NCBI GenBank assembly: GCA_963666835.2
Contig: CAXXGO010000001.1
Location: 864,001-928,000, forward strand
Source of the DNA: Phycisphaerae bacterium
GTDB lineage: Bacteria > Planctomycetota > Phycisphaerae > UBA1845
Length of the DNA stretch: 64,000 nt
Direction: 5' to 3'
The notes under the pieces are model-generated. The model ran no database searches. It saw nothing but the letters and a program-made list of their open reading frames with translations, and was not told the DNA's origin. The first letter of the stretch is position 1, and each line of letters begins with the position of its first letter. The position numbers and the translations under genes are program-made. Positions 50,633 through 63,100 of this stretch are shown here, piece after piece.

Positions 50633-53600
50633 ATTGCAGATGAAGATGGCAATTCGAGCGACTGGCTGGAGGTTTATAATCCGAACGCGACAAGTCTGGA
50701 TATTGGGGGATGGTATCTTACGGATGACGCAACAGACCTGACGAAGTGGGCGTTTCCAAGCACGACGATAGGACCGGACGAGTATCTGATTGTGTTTGCG
50801 TCAGGCAAAGCACGTGCTACGAGTGGGGCCCAACTACATACGAACTACAAACTGTCCGCGGATGGGGAGTACCTGGCGCTGGTACACCCCGACGGTGTGA
50901 CCGTGGCACAGGAATACGCGCCTGAGTATCCACCGCAGCGTTGCGATGTTTCGTACGGAGAACTTGCCGGGGGTTACGGGTATTTTGGAACTGCGACGCC
51001 CGGGGCAGCGAATGACGCAACGCAGTATCCAGGCTTCGTTGAGGATGTCGTTCTGAGCGTTGAGCGGGGGTTTTACGATACCGCGTTTTCCCTGGCAATG
51101 GCGACAGCAAGTGCCGGCGCACAAATACGGTATACGACCAATGGCGCCACGCCTACGCCGACGACGGGTTTGGTGTACGACGGCCCGATTGTGGTTGATG
51201 AGACGGCGATCGTTCGGTCCAGAGGGTTCAGGCCCGATCTACTGAGCTCGCGGACGACAACCAGCACGTATGTTTTCGTCGCCGACGTAGCCTTGCAATC
51301 GCAGGACGGTGCAAAGCCAGGCTCGGATTGGCCAGACCCCTATGGGCCGCACACGGGGTTTCACGATCCGCAGGATATCGATTACGGGATGGATCCGGAC
51401 GTAACGACCGATCCGAGGTATGCCGATTTGATCGACGACGCGTTGCTGGCGATTCCAACAATGTCGGTCGTGACGGATCTTGAGCATTTATTCGATCCGT
51501 CCTCCGGTATCTACGTAAACGCAAAGGGGCGTGGTGAGGAATGGGAGCGCCCGGTCTCGCTCGAGTTGCTTCAACCGGACGGTACTGAAGGATTCCAGAT
51601 CGATTGTGGTGTACGAATACGCGGTGGATGGAGCCGCTGGGGCAGTTGCCCGAAACATGCACTGCGGTTCTATTTCGATTCGGCTTATGGGCCAAGTCGG
51701 CTGGAGTATCCGCTTTTTGGCGATGAAGGTGCGGCAGCGTTTGCGAAAGTCGATCTGCGTACCGCGCAGAATTACTCGTGGAGTTTCAAGGGGGATTCTC
51801 GGAACACGCTCGTTCGCGACGTTTTCTGCCGAACTCTGCAGCGGGAGATGGGCCAGCCGTATACCCGAAGTCGGTGCTGTCATCTCTATATCAACGGCCA
51901 ATATTGGGGGCTTTACCAGACGCAGGAACGGGCCGAGGCGCACTTCGGGGCAACATACTTTGGTGGCGAGCGAGACGACTATGATACCATAAAGGTCGGA
52001 GACACGCTCGATATGAGGGGTGAAGTGGAGGTGGCGGACGGTGACTGGGAAGCATGGGATGCTCTGGTTGCCGCCGCCGCGGCCGGTTTCGCCAGTGACG
52101 CAGCCTACTATTGCGTACAGGGCCTGCATGCGGACGGGACACCCGATCCGGCGTGTGAACGGCTGGTGGATATCGACAATCTTATCGATTACATGATTAG
52201 TATCTACTACATGGGAACCGACGATTCGCCGATCACGAGCCATCTGAGCAACACGTGTAACAACTTCTACGGGCTGTACAATCGGAATAACCCGGCGGGA
52301 TTCACATGGCTGACGCATGACAATGAACATGTCATGGACATCACCGGACTGAGTTACGACCGTACGTCGGACCTGGCGGTGTATGACGGGGATTGGTCGC
52401 AGTATTTCAATCCGCAGACTCTGCATCAGGAGCTGGACGCACACCCGGAGTATGTGATGCGGTTCGCCGATCACGTGCATCGGCACTTCTTCAATGGGGG
52501 AGCATTGGTGCCCGAGCGCCTGGATGTGTTGGCGCGGGGGTTTATAGAGGTCATTGACACGGCGATTATTGCGGAATCGGCGCGGTGGGGTGATGCGAAA
52601 ATTTCTTCCGGGGCTCCATTGACGAGAGATGATGATTGGGCGCCGCGTATCGACAACATTTTGGACAGTTTTATCCCACAGCGTACGGCGATTGTGCTGG
52701 AGCAATTCAGGAATCGCGGATGGTACCCGGATGTCGACGCGCCGACGTTCTTGATAAACGGTTCGTATCAGCACGGAGGTTCGGCGAGTGCGGGTGACGT
52801 GCTTACGATGGTGAATCCGGGTGGTAGCGGGGCGATTTACTACACTTTGGATGGCACTGATCCACGTTTGGTGGGCGGAGGAGTGAGCGCGACGGCGGTG
52901 CTGTACGATGGTGCGGGGGTGCCTCTTTCATCAAGCGTGGTGGTTAAGTCTCGGGTGCTGGACGGAGTGGAGTGGAGTGCGCTGAACGAGGCGAGCGTCG
53001 CGGTAAGTAGCTTACCGTTGGTTATTAACGAGATTATGTATAACCCCGCGGTCGCCGATGGCGCTGAGTTCGTGGAGGTTTACAACCCGTCTTCATCGCT
53101 TGGGGTTGATGTATCAGGGTGGCGGTTGGATGGGGTAGGTCTGACGTTTGCAGAAGGGACGGTTGTAGCGGCGGAGAGCTACTTGTTGGTGGTGCGTGAT
53201 TGGGCTGTATTCGAGAGCGTTTATGGTTCCGGGGTTAATGTTACGGCGGAGTATTCGGGTCGGCTGGACAACGGAGGCGAGAACCTGGTTCTGCGCGACT
53301 GTGACGGGGTGGCGATCGATTCTGTTCGTTACGACGACGACGCTCCCTGGCCGACGAATGCTGACGGAGTCGGGTATTCGTTGGAGCTGATCGACGTCGA
53401 GTCGGATAACGACCGGGTGGCGAACTGGTCGGCGAGCTTGGTGGAGCATGGTACTCCGGGTACGGCTAACGGGGTGGCGGGGGTTTCTGCCGCGGTACCT
53501 CCGCTGTGGGTAAACGAAGTTGTTTCGGTGAACACGTCGGTGAACGTGGACGAAATGGGTGAGTACGATCCATGGATCGAGATTTACAATTCGTCTGATA

Positions 53601-55285
53601 GCGCCGTTGATGTTGGGGGCATGTACTTAACGGACGACTACGGTGATCCGACGAAGTGGTCGCTGCCGGCGGAGACGGTTATTCCGGGGACGAGTTGGCT
53701 GGTGGTTTGGGCTGATGGTGAGCCGGTTGAAGGTCTGTTGCACACGAGTTTTGCGTTGAGTTCACAGGGCGGCTCGGTGGGTCTGTACACGGCCGGTGGC
53801 GTTATTGTTGACTACCTGAACTATGGGGTACTTAGCGGAGACACCGCTTACGGCAAGTTTCCGGATGGGACGTCGTTGCGTCGAGTGCTATCGGTAGCGA
53901 CGCCGGGTTATGGGAACATGAGCGCGGTATCGCGCGTGATTCTCAACGAGTACAACGCGGTGAGCAGTTCTAACTACCTTAAGGACGGAGGCAGCGACAC
54001 ATGGTTCGGCCGGGTAGAGGGTAACGGTGGTAACTGGTTCGAACTGGTAGTTACGGAAGACCACACGGACATGAGTGGATGGTCACTGGAGTGGTCGGAG
54101 GAGAACGACTCGGGTTCGCTGACGCTGACGTCGGCTTTAGAGTGGAGTGATCTTCGTTCGGGGACAATCGTAACGTTCTCGGAATCGGACAGCAGCGCGG
54201 GTGGTTTGGACACGGACGCAAGTTACGATCCGGAATCTGGAGATTGGTGGATTCACATCAATACTTTGTCGGGCGGTGTCGCTCAAGAGAGTTATGTAAC
54301 GACCACGACGAACGTATCGGGTGATGGTCCGGGCAATTTTTCGGTTGGTAACGACGGTTGGCAGTTGCGGATATTGGATTCGTCGCAAGAGTTGGTGTAC
54401 GGTCCGGCCGGGGAAGGGATTTCGCCTTTGAGTGGTATCGGCAGCGACGAGGTATTCAAGTTGGAGGAGGATCCGAGTCCTCTGATCCATCCTTATTCTG
54501 ATTACAACGACGGCACGTCGAGTACTTTCGGCTCGCCGAACATCTACGCTTCGGGAACGGCGGTGCAGGATCTGACGGTTTTGCGGAACGTGTTCGTGGC
54601 TTGCGAGCACGACGAGGATTGTGAGGACGGTTTGTTCTGCAACGGCGAGTCTTTCTGCGTGGATGATGTTTGTGTGGCGGGTGAGGCTCCTTGCGACGAT
54701 GGTGTGCAGTGTACTGATGATTTGTGCGACGAGAGTACTGACAGTTGCACGTATACGCCGAATGACTCTCTTTGTAGCAACGGTTTGTTCTGTGATGGGG
54801 TTGAGGCTTGCGATGCGTTGTACGGATGTCAGGCGGGGACTGATCCTTGCCCTGGTTTACCGTGCGACGAGTTGAATGACGTTTGCGTAAGCGGGGAGTG
54901 CGTGGAGGACGCGGACTGTGCCGACGGCGTATTCTGTAACGGCGAGGAGCTGTGCGTTGATCAGAGTTGCGTATCCGGTGCAACGCCTTGTTCTGGCGTC
55001 TGTGAGGCTTGTGACGAGTCCACGGATTCGTGCATGTGGTGCATATTCGATCTTGACGGCGACGAGTTCATTGGCCCTGGGGATTTTTCGTTTTTCGCGG
55101 GTTGCTACGGGGGCAGCTATGCGTGCGATCCTCCGAACTATCGATCGGGAGCGGATCCGTGCTGCATAACGAATTTCGACGAAAGCGCGGACAGTTTCGT
55201 TGGTCCGGGTGACTTCTCGGGCCTGGCGGGTTGCTACGGTGGTGGGTGCGGCGAATGTGCGAATTGTTGGGGGCAGGGCCGGTGA
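50507..55285 (+). CDS. Secreted CotH kinase with lamin-tail, Fn3-associated, Cys-rich and dockerin-like modules (copy A)
   Basis: [78 protein letters not shown]. Confidence 0.88.
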   Translation: MTRGRRSVFALVLSWACVFGMGKAADGADPMITEFMASNSSTIADEDGNSSDWLEVYNPNATSLDIGGWYLTDDATDLTKWAFPSTTIGPDEYLIVFASGKARATSGAQLHTNYKLSADGEYLALVHPDGVTVAQEYAPEYPPQRCDVSYGELAGGYGYFGTATPGAANDATQYPGFVEDVVLSVERGFYDTAFSLAMATASAGAQIRYTTNGATPTPTTGLVYDGPIVVDETAIVRSRGFRPDLLSSRTTTSTYVFVADVALQSQDGAKPGSDWPDPYGPHTGFHDPQDIDYGMDPDVTTDPRYADLIDDALLAIPTMSVVTDLEHLFDPSSGIYVNAKGRGEEWERPVSLELLQPDGTEGFQIDCGVRIRGGWSRWGSCPKHALRFYFDSAYGPSRLEYPLFGDEGAAAFAKVDLRTAQNYSWSFKGDSRNTLVRDVFCRTLQREMGQPYTRSRCCHLYINGQYWGLYQTQERAEAHFGATYFGGERDDYDTIKVGDTLDMRGEVEVADGDWEAWDALVAAAAAGFASDAAYYCVQGLHADGTPDPACERLVDIDNLIDYMISIYYMGTDDSPITSHLSNTCNNFYGLYNRNNPAGFTWLTHDNEHVMDITGLSYDRTSDLAVYDGDWSQYFNPQTLHQELDAHPEYVMRFADHVHRHFFNGGALVPERLDVLARGFIEVIDTAIIAESARWGDAKISSGAPLTRDDDWAPRIDNILDSFIPQRTAIVLEQFRNRGWYPDVDAPTFLINGSYQHGGSASAGDVLTMVNPGGSGAIYYTLDGTDPRLVGGGVSATAVLYDGAGVPLSSSVVVKSRVLDGVEWSALNEASVAVSSLPLVINEIMYNPAVADGAEFVEVYNPSSSLGVDVSGWRLDGVGLTFAEGTVVAAESYLLVVRDWAVFESVYGSGVNVTAEYSGRLDNGGENLVLRDCDGVAIDSVRYDDDAPWPTNADGVGYSLELIDVESDNDRVANWSASLVEHGTPGTANGVAGVSAAVPPLWVNEVVSVNTSVNVDEMGEYDPWIEIYNSSDSAVDVGGMYLTDDYGDPTKWSLPAETVIPGTSWLVVWADGEPVEGLLHTSFALSSQGGSVGLYTAGGVIVDYLNYGVLSGDTAYGKFPDGTSLRRVLSVATPGYGNMSAVSRVILNEYNAVSSSNYLKDGGSDTWFGRVEGNGGNWFELVVTEDHTDMSGWSLEWSEENDSGSLTLTSALEWSDLRSGTIVTFSESDSSAGGLDTDASYDPESGDWWIHINTLSGGVAQESYVTTTTNVSGDGPGNFSVGNDGWQLRILDSSQELVYGPAGEGISPLSGIGSDEVFKLEEDPSPLIHPYSDYNDGTSSTFGSPNIYASGTAVQDLTVLRNVFVACEHDEDCEDGLFCNGESFCVDDVCVAGEAPCDDGVQCTDDLCDESTDSCTYTPNDSLCSNGLFCDGVEACDALYGCQAGTDPCPGLPCDELNDVCVSGECVEDADCADGVFCNGEELCVDQSCVSGATPCSGVCEACDESTDSCMWCIFDLDGDEFIGPGDFSFFAGCYGGSYACDPPNYRSGADPCCITNFDESADSFVGPGDFSGLAGCYGGGCGECANCWGQGR

Positions 55286-55306
55286 CGGGCGGCGGCGAGA
55301 AAGACG
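52734..55306 (+). repeat. About 2.57-kb near-identical direct repeat; second copy 57395-59967
   Basis: Offset 4661; identical shadow ORFs in the ORF track; only a couple of substitutions seen (e.g. GDEF vs GDDF). Confidence 0.93.
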
Positions 55307-55389
55307 GGTCCTGCAAAGGCGGAGTATCGCTGGTTCGTAGCGCCCAAAGCGGCGCTGGTGCGGCGAGGGGGTTGTTAGGAGGGCGTAGG

Positions 55390-58300
55390 ATGACGCGTGG
55401 GCGGCGAAGCGTGTTTGCGCTCGTTTTGAGTTGGGCGTGCGTGTTCGGTATGGGCAAAGCTGCTGATGGGGCGGATCCGATGATCACGGAGTTTATGGCG
55501 TCGAACAGCAGCACGTTGGCAGACGAGGATGGGGAGTACTCAGACTGGCTCGAGATATACAACCCCGGGCCGGCCGCTGTTGATCTGAGCGGCTGGTACC
55601 TTACTGACGATTCCGCAGATCTGGAAAAATGGTCGTTTCCCGCGGTTGCTATTGCTGCGGGAGACTATCTTGTAGTTTTTGCATCCGGAAAGGGGCGGGC
55701 GGTTACCGGGTCGGAACTGCATACAAACTTCAAGCTCGCTGCGGACGGAGAGTATCTGGGGCTGGTAGACGATGCCGCGGTTATTCGGGATGAGTATGCG
55801 CCGGCCTATCCGGAGCAGCGTGCGGACGTTGCCTACGGTGTCAGCGGGGCGGAGCGGGGTTATTTCACGACGCCGACCCCCGGTGCGGCGAACGTGAGTA
55901 CGGTATACGAAGGATTCGTTCCGCGGCCGGTCGCGAGTGTAGAGCGGGGATTCTACGATACCGCCGTTGATGTGGTGCTCGGGTGCGCGATGTCCACGGC
56001 CACGATACGGTATACGCTGGATGGTAGCAGGCCTACTACGACTAGCACGGCGTATAGTGATCCGATTACGATAAGTGCGACGAGCTGCTTGCGAGCGGCG
56101 GCATTTCGCACGGGATGGCTTCCTTCCTCGATCGCGACGCATACGTACTTGATCGGTGCTAGTGCGGCCGTCAAATCTCTGCCGGCAATGTCCATTGTCG
56201 GGGATGAGGGCGAGGATTTGTATGAGCCGAACGGGATCATGGCTATCGTTGGGGGGCATTACGAAGACAGCGGGTATAGTTGGGTGGCGGATGGGCCGGA
56301 GGATTACAACAACCCAATCCAGGAGGGGATTGACTACGAGCGAAACGTGTCGTTTGAGATTATGAACGCGGACGGCAGCGGTGGTTGCCAGGCCGACTGT
56401 GGTATTCGCGTTCAGGGGAGTGAGTGGCATCGCCCGGCGTATCACCGTTGCGCGTGGGACGCGCATGGCTGGTGCCGGTTCAGCTACAAGCTGTATTTCC
56501 GGGGCAGATATGGTGCGGATGCGCTTGAATACCCGGTGTTTCCGCTTGCCTCCGAGGATGAGTTCAATCGCTTGGTGCTCCGGGCCGGATGGGACGACGG
56601 GTATAATCCGTTCATCAAGGACGAGCTGATCAGGCGTTTACACCATGATATGGGATATGTGAGCAGCTTGGGGTCAATAACCAATCTCTTCGTCAATGGA
56701 GAGTATGTCGGATATTATAATCCATGCGAGTTCTACGATGAGGGTTTCTTTCAGACCGTAGACGGAGAAGACGTTGAGTGGGATGTGATTCCGTACCACC
56801 TGGAACCGCGCGACGGCGATTTGGTTGCATGGGGCGAACTGTATGACCGGGCGACGAACTATGACCTGTCGGATTCGGAGAATTATGGGGAGGTTGCAGA
56901 TCGTCTGGATATCGTGGCGTTCATCGACTATCTGATTCTGGAGTTGTATGTCGGGAATCGGGACTGGCCGAATAACAACTGGGTCGCCGCGCGGAAACGC
57001 GTAGATGGCGAGAAGTTCCGGTTCTACGTTTGGGACGTTGAAGCCAGCATGAGGGCGGACGATCAGAGCGAAACCGGATTCGCGGATTTTCCGCCGTGGT
57101 TTGATGCCGGGGAGCGTGGGCTGGACGATATGGAAACGCATTTGGCGCAAATATATCGCGGGCTGAAGGCGAACCCTGAATTCGAGCAGTTATGGGCGGA
57201 CCGCGCGCACGCTCTGTTCTTCAACAATGGGCCGTTGGCGGAGGAAAACGTCGCAGCGCGGTTCTGGGAACTTGAGGAAAGGATCGACGCTGTGGTTCTC
57301 GGGTCGGGGGTCGATACCTATATCCCGAACACGTGGATTCCGCAGCGGTGGGGCATCGTTCGAGATGCGTTTGTGGCGCGAGGTTTGTGGCAGTTCGACG
57401 CGCCGACGTTCTTGATAAACGGTTCGTATCAGCACGGAGGTTCGGCGAGTGCGGGTGACGTGCTTACGATGGTGAATCCGGGTGGTAGCGGGGCGATTTA
57501 CTACACTTTGGATGGCACTGATCCACGTTTGGTGGGCGGAGGAGTGAGCGCGACGGCGGTGCTGTACGATGGTGCGGGGGTGCCTCTTTCATCAAGCGTG
57601 GTGGTTAAGTCTCGGGTGCTGGACGGAGTGGAGTGGAGTGCGCTGAACGAGGCGAGCGTCGCGGTAAGTAGCTTACCGTTGGTTATTAACGAGATTATGT
57701 ATAACCCCGCGGTCGCCGATGGCGCTGAGTTCGTGGAGGTTTACAACCCGTCTTCATCGCTTGGGGTTGATGTATCAGGGTGGCGGTTGGATGGGGTAGG
57801 TCTGACGTTTGCAGAAGGGACGGTTGTAGCGGCGGAGAGCTACTTGTTGGTGGTGCGTGATTGGGCTGTATTCGAGAGCGTTTATGGTTCCGGGGTTAAT
57901 GTTACGGCGGAGTATTCGGGTCGGCTGGACAACGGAGGCGAGAACCTGGTTCTGCGCGACTGTGACGGGGTGGCGATCGATTCTGTTCGTTACGACGACG
58001 ACGCTCCCTGGCCGACGAATGCTGACGGAGTCGGGTATTCGTTGGAGCTGATCGACGTCGAGTCGGATAACGACCGGGTGGCGAACTGGTCGGCGAGCTT
58101 GGTGGAGCATGGTACTCCGGGTACGGCTAACGGGGTGGCGGGGGTTTCTGCCGCGGTACCTCCGCTGTGGGTAAACGAAGTTGTTTCGGTGAACACGTCG
58201 GTGAACGTGGACGAAATGGGTGAGTACGATCCATGGATCGAGATTTACAATTCGTCTGATAGCGCCGTTGATGTTGGGGGCATGTACTTAACGGACGACT

Positions 58301-59946
58301 ACGGTGATCCGACGAAGTGGTCGCTGCCGGCGGAGACGGTTATTCCGGGGACGAGTTGGCTGGTGGTTTGGGCTGATGGTGAGCCGGTTGAAGGTCTGTT
58401 GCACACGAGTTTTGCGTTGAGTTCACAGGGCGGCTCGGTGGGTCTGTACACGGCCGGTGGCGTTATTGTTGACTACCTGAACTATGGGGTACTTAGCGGA
58501 GACACCGCTTACGGCAAGTTTCCGGATGGGACGTCGTTGCGTCGAGTGCTATCGGTAGCGACGCCGGGTTATGGGAACATGAGCGCGGTATCGCGCGTGA
58601 TTCTCAACGAGTACAACGCGGTGAGCAGTTCTAACTACCTTAAGGACGGAGGCAGCGACACATGGTTCGGCCGGGTAGAGGGTAACGGTGGTAACTGGTT
58701 CGAACTGGTAGTTACGGAAGACCACACGGACATGAGTGGATGGTCACTGGAGTGGTCGGAGGAGAACGACTCGGGTTCGCTGACGCTGACGTCGGCTTTA
58801 GAGTGGAGTGATCTTCGTTCGGGGACAATCGTAACGTTCTCGGAATCGGACAGCAGCGCGGGTGGTTTGGACACGGACGCAAGTTACGATCCGGAATCTG
58901 GAGATTGGTGGATTCACATCAATACTTTGTCGGGCGGTGTCGCTCAAGAGAGTTATGTAACGACCACGACGAACGTATCGGGTGATGGTCCGGGCAATTT
59001 TTCGGTTGGTAACGACGGTTGGCAGTTGCGGATATTGGATTCGTCGCAAGAGTTGGTGTACGGTCCGGCCGGGGAAGGGATTTCGCCTTTGAGTGGTATC
59101 GGCAGCGACGAGGTATTCAAGTTGGAGGAGGATCCGAGTCCTCTGATCCATCCTTATTCTGATTACAACGACGGCACGTCGAGTACTTTCGGCTCGCCGA
59201 ACATCTACGCTTCGGGAACGGCGGTGCAGGATCTGACGGTTTTGCGGAACGTGTTCGTGGCTTGCGAGCACGACGAGGATTGTGAGGACGGTTTGTTCTG
59301 CAACGGCGAGTCTTTCTGCGTGGATGATGTTTGTGTGGCGGGTGAGGCTCCTTGCGACGATGGTGTGCAGTGTACTGATGATTTGTGCGACGAGAGTACT
59401 GACAGTTGCACGTATACGCCGAATGACTCTCTTTGTAGCAACGGTTTGTTCTGTGATGGGGTTGAGGCTTGCGATGCGTTGTACGGATGTCAGGCGGGGA
59501 CTGATCCTTGCCCTGGTTTACCGTGCGACGAGTTGAATGACGTTTGCGTAAGCGGGGAGTGCGTGGAGGACGCGGACTGTGCCGACGGCGTATTCTGTAA
59601 CGGCGAGGAGCTGTGCGTTGATCAGAGTTGCGTATCCGGTGCAACGCCTTGTTCTGGCGTCTGTGAGGCTTGTGACGAGTCCACGGATTCGTGCATGTGG
59701 TGCATATTCGATCTTGACGGCGACGACTTCATTGGTCCTGGGGATTTTTCGTTTTTCGCGGGTTGCTACGGGGGCAGCTATGCGTGCGATCCTCCGAACT
59801 ATCGATCGGGAGCGGATCCGTGCTGCATAACGAATTTCGACGAAAGCGCGGACAGTTTCGTTGGTCCGGGTGACTTCTCGGGCCTGGCGGGTTGCTACGG
59901 TGGTGGGTGCGGCGAATGTGCGAATTGTTGGGGGCAGGGCCGGTGA
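55390..59946 (+). CDS. Secreted CotH kinase with lamin-tail, Fn3-associated, Cys-rich and dockerin-like modules (copy B)
   Basis: Same signal peptide as copy [50 protein letters not shown]. Confidence 0.88.
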   Translation: MTRGRRSVFALVLSWACVFGMGKAADGADPMITEFMASNSSTLADEDGEYSDWLEIYNPGPAAVDLSGWYLTDDSADLEKWSFPAVAIAAGDYLVVFASGKGRAVTGSELHTNFKLAADGEYLGLVDDAAVIRDEYAPAYPEQRADVAYGVSGAERGYFTTPTPGAANVSTVYEGFVPRPVASVERGFYDTAVDVVLGCAMSTATIRYTLDGSRPTTTSTAYSDPITISATSCLRAAAFRTGWLPSSIATHTYLIGASAAVKSLPAMSIVGDEGEDLYEPNGIMAIVGGHYEDSGYSWVADGPEDYNNPIQEGIDYERNVSFEIMNADGSGGCQADCGIRVQGSEWHRPAYHRCAWDAHGWCRFSYKLYFRGRYGADALEYPVFPLASEDEFNRLVLRAGWDDGYNPFIKDELIRRLHHDMGYVSSLGSITNLFVNGEYVGYYNPCEFYDEGFFQTVDGEDVEWDVIPYHLEPRDGDLVAWGELYDRATNYDLSDSENYGEVADRLDIVAFIDYLILELYVGNRDWPNNNWVAARKRVDGEKFRFYVWDVEASMRADDQSETGFADFPPWFDAGERGLDDMETHLAQIYRGLKANPEFEQLWADRAHALFFNNGPLAEENVAARFWELEERIDAVVLGSGVDTYIPNTWIPQRWGIVRDAFVARGLWQFDAPTFLINGSYQHGGSASAGDVLTMVNPGGSGAIYYTLDGTDPRLVGGGVSATAVLYDGAGVPLSSSVVVKSRVLDGVEWSALNEASVAVSSLPLVINEIMYNPAVADGAEFVEVYNPSSSLGVDVSGWRLDGVGLTFAEGTVVAAESYLLVVRDWAVFESVYGSGVNVTAEYSGRLDNGGENLVLRDCDGVAIDSVRYDDDAPWPTNADGVGYSLELIDVESDNDRVANWSASLVEHGTPGTANGVAGVSAAVPPLWVNEVVSVNTSVNVDEMGEYDPWIEIYNSSDSAVDVGGMYLTDDYGDPTKWSLPAETVIPGTSWLVVWADGEPVEGLLHTSFALSSQGGSVGLYTAGGVIVDYLNYGVLSGDTAYGKFPDGTSLRRVLSVATPGYGNMSAVSRVILNEYNAVSSSNYLKDGGSDTWFGRVEGNGGNWFELVVTEDHTDMSGWSLEWSEENDSGSLTLTSALEWSDLRSGTIVTFSESDSSAGGLDTDASYDPESGDWWIHINTLSGGVAQESYVTTTTNVSGDGPGNFSVGNDGWQLRILDSSQELVYGPAGEGISPLSGIGSDEVFKLEEDPSPLIHPYSDYNDGTSSTFGSPNIYASGTAVQDLTVLRNVFVACEHDEDCEDGLFCNGESFCVDDVCVAGEAPCDDGVQCTDDLCDESTDSCTYTPNDSLCSNGLFCDGVEACDALYGCQAGTDPCPGLPCDELNDVCVSGECVEDADCADGVFCNGEELCVDQSCVSGATPCSGVCEACDESTDSCMWCIFDLDGDDFIGPGDFSFFAGCYGGSYACDPPNYRSGADPCCITNFDESADSFVGPGDFSGLAGCYGGGCGECANCWGQGR

Positions 59947-60194
59947 CGGGCGGCGGCGAGAAAGACGTGAGAACTGGAACGCGTTGATCGCCGGTCTTTT
60001 CGGGGATCCGCGGGGTGCTGGCGGGTGTGAGAGGATGCCTTGTGAACGGCGACAAAGACGGCCCGCGTGGGCGGATACGCTTTCTGGTTGGCAGGGCAGG
60101 CGAAGATGCTCAGACGCGGTGGAGGTGGCCGGGTTTGAGGTCCGCAACGTGAAGTCAGCGGAAGTTGCGGGACTGTAATACGAGGAGATGGAAG

Positions 60195-63100
60195 ATGAGA
60201 AGACTTCTGATTGAAACACGGTTCATTGGTTGCTTGTTTCTGGCGCTCGGTGTCACGGGGACGGGTGTATTGGGCGATTACGGCGACCCGGACGGACTCA
60301 TCAACGGCCCGTTTCCGCCGACGGAGCCGCATCCGCGTTTCTCGGTTTCACCGGATGTGACTGTACTCCCCGCGGGTGCGGTATTAGTCGACTACGTGGA
60401 CATTGGAGACCCATCAAATGACCCATACGGGTTTGGGGACGAAAGCGCACACTTGCTTGAGCCGGCGTGCCCCCTCGATTGTTCCGGTACGGAATGCGGG
60501 ACGGGAACGGGAGACAGTTGGGGCCCGGTGTGCAGTTGGTCTGATGCGTCCCTGCGGGCGATCTGGGAATGCGGAATGGCAGGAACGACGAGCGAATCCG
60601 CGACGATCAACATGGATTTTGGACCGACCGTCGTGAACAAATACATCGCCCTGCGGTGGCAAGGCGGTGCGGCCGACGACAGTTTCAGTATGGAGATAGC
60701 AGGAAACCCCGGCGTCCAGTATCAGGTGCAGCACCTCCAGGCGGGCTCTAACGCGTGCTTCAATATCGGCGTGTGGGATGTGGGAATTCTGACAGGGTTG
60801 CAGACTCTTACGCTTACGGCAACGGCTTCAGCGTGGGCGAGCCAGGAAGTCTATGGGCAGGTGATGATCAGCGAGATTGCCGTGTGGGAAGGTCCTTCCG
60901 CACCGTCACGGACTGTCGAAATAGACCTGGTGGCTTTGAGCACGCCGAGCAGCAGTGACAGCGTAGGATTCACCGTTTGCATGAGTGGGTTGGAGTTCGG
61001 GCAACCGTGCAACGATGATTCCGATTGCACGTTTGGCGGCGAGGGTGCTTGCAGGGGGCTTGCGGAGCTGCCTGTGTCGGAAACCCAGTTCGAGGTGGGG
61101 GAGACGCTCTATCTTGAAATGTGGGCCCAGACGACTAATGCAGATGGTCTGGCTGCGGTCTACGCTGATGTGCACTTTGATCCTTGTATTCTAACGGCAA
61201 CACAGATTTTCCATAGCATGGCTTTCACCGTCGGGGGTTTCGAGCCGGTAGGCGCCATCGACAATGCTGCGGGGTTGATTGACGATGTGGGTGGTCCCCA
61301 CCTGGATGGTCAATGCACAACGGAGTATGGATTCGAGCCGATGTGGGTGCGGGTGGCCTATGTGGAGTTTACGGTCGAGGGTGACGGCGCGATCGAGTTT
61401 TCCAGCAGTGATACCGGCAGCGGATTCGGCAGCGCAATCTGTGGAACGCTGGGCGTAGTGGATGCTGAGGAAGTGGAGTTCGGAGAAGTTGGCGCGCAAG
61501 CAGGTACAGAAGCAGCGGAGCTGGTGCTTGATATTCCGGGCGCTCCCGTCGTTGTACAGATGGGTGAACAAGTGGATGTCATGCTGAAAGTCGCCAATCT
61601 GACAACGGCGATTAATGGCGTCCAAGCGCTTATACACTATGATGACAGCGTATTGAGCTTGGTTGGGATTATACCGGCACACCTCGGGCTGGATAAACAC
61701 ATAGTGAGCAATGCGGCGATTGCATCCGTGGCCCCCAGCCGGCGGGGGGGTACGCAAAAGAGACGGCAATGGGGACGGTCAGCCGTGCCGGCGACGGACT
61801 CAACGGATGCGGTGTTAGCATCGGCCGCGGCGGGGTGGGTCGAGATTAGTGAGAGCGACGTCGGAGGGGACATTGCCTATGCGGCGCAGATCCAGGGAGG
61901 TTCGACGACGGCAGACGGCACCGTGGCGACGTTGACGTTTGAGGCTGTTGCCACGGGAACGCCGGTGATAAGTTTCCTGCCGAACCGCCCACCCGCCCAT
62001 CCGACGCTTTGCACGAAAGTCACTGATGCAAGCAATGCGCAGGCGATCTTCCCGGTGAAAACGGATACTCACCGCGGGGATATCAGCATAGGGGAGGCAC
62101 AGTGCTTTATTGACGGGGAGTGGTACGACGCCGGGGAACTGAATCCGGAGCAAGAATGTGAGTGGTGTGTGCCGTCGGTAGGCGGGACATCGTGGACGCC
62201 ACGCGCGGCAGGCACGAACTGCGGCGACGCACCTGACCTGTGCGAGGAGCAGGATGCGTGCGACGGAGCGGGAGAGTGTGTGGCAGGCGGAAGCAGGGCG
62301 GAGGGCACGGAATGCCGGGCGTCGGTCGGCGAATGCGATGTGGCGGAAGTTTGTGATGGCATTAGTGCCGAATGTCCGGTCGACGGGTTTGCAGTCGCCG
62401 GGACGGACTGTGGAGCGGCGCCGGATGTATGTGAAGAACGAGACACATGCGACGGAGCGGGCGTATGTTCAGACAATGGCGTGAAAGCAGCAGGCACAGA
62501 ATGCCGTCCAGCCATCGGTGAATGTGACGTGATGGAAGTCTGCGATGGGGTGAGCGCGGCATGTCCGGCTGATGGTTTTGCGGTAACGGGCAGCCATTGC
62601 GGTCCGGCTCCGGAGGTCTGCGAAGAGCAGGATACGTGTGACGGTGCTGGGAGCTGTGTGGATAACGGGATCAAAGTGGCCGGCACCGTCTGCCGCGAAG
62701 CGGTAGGGGATTGTGACGCTACGGAGTCCTGCGATGGAGTAAGCGGGAGCTGTCCGGCGGATGCGTTCCTTGACGCAGGTGTTTCTTGCGGATCGGTGTT
62801 GGGGCCGTGCGATGGCCAGGATACGTGTGACGGCACAGGTGGATGTGTCGATACGGGTTTCGTGGCTGCGGGAACGGAGTGTCGGGCCGCTTCCGGGGTG
62901 TGCGATGTGCCGGAAGTGTGTCCTGGAGATGGGCCGGAGTGTCCGGTGGACGCGTATGCCGGGGCGGGCGTTGAGTGTCGAGCGGCCGTAGGCGGTTGCG
63001 ACGTGGCGGAGTACTGCCCGGGTGACTCGGCGGAGTGTCCGACGGATTCAGTAGCAAATGGCGGTAACGAGTGTCGGGCAGTGGCCGGTGCCTGCGATGT

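Noticed and set aside
49979..59967. Repeats as diversity-generating retroelement TR/VR pair
   Set aside because: No reverse transcriptase in window, and the few differences are not adenine-specific
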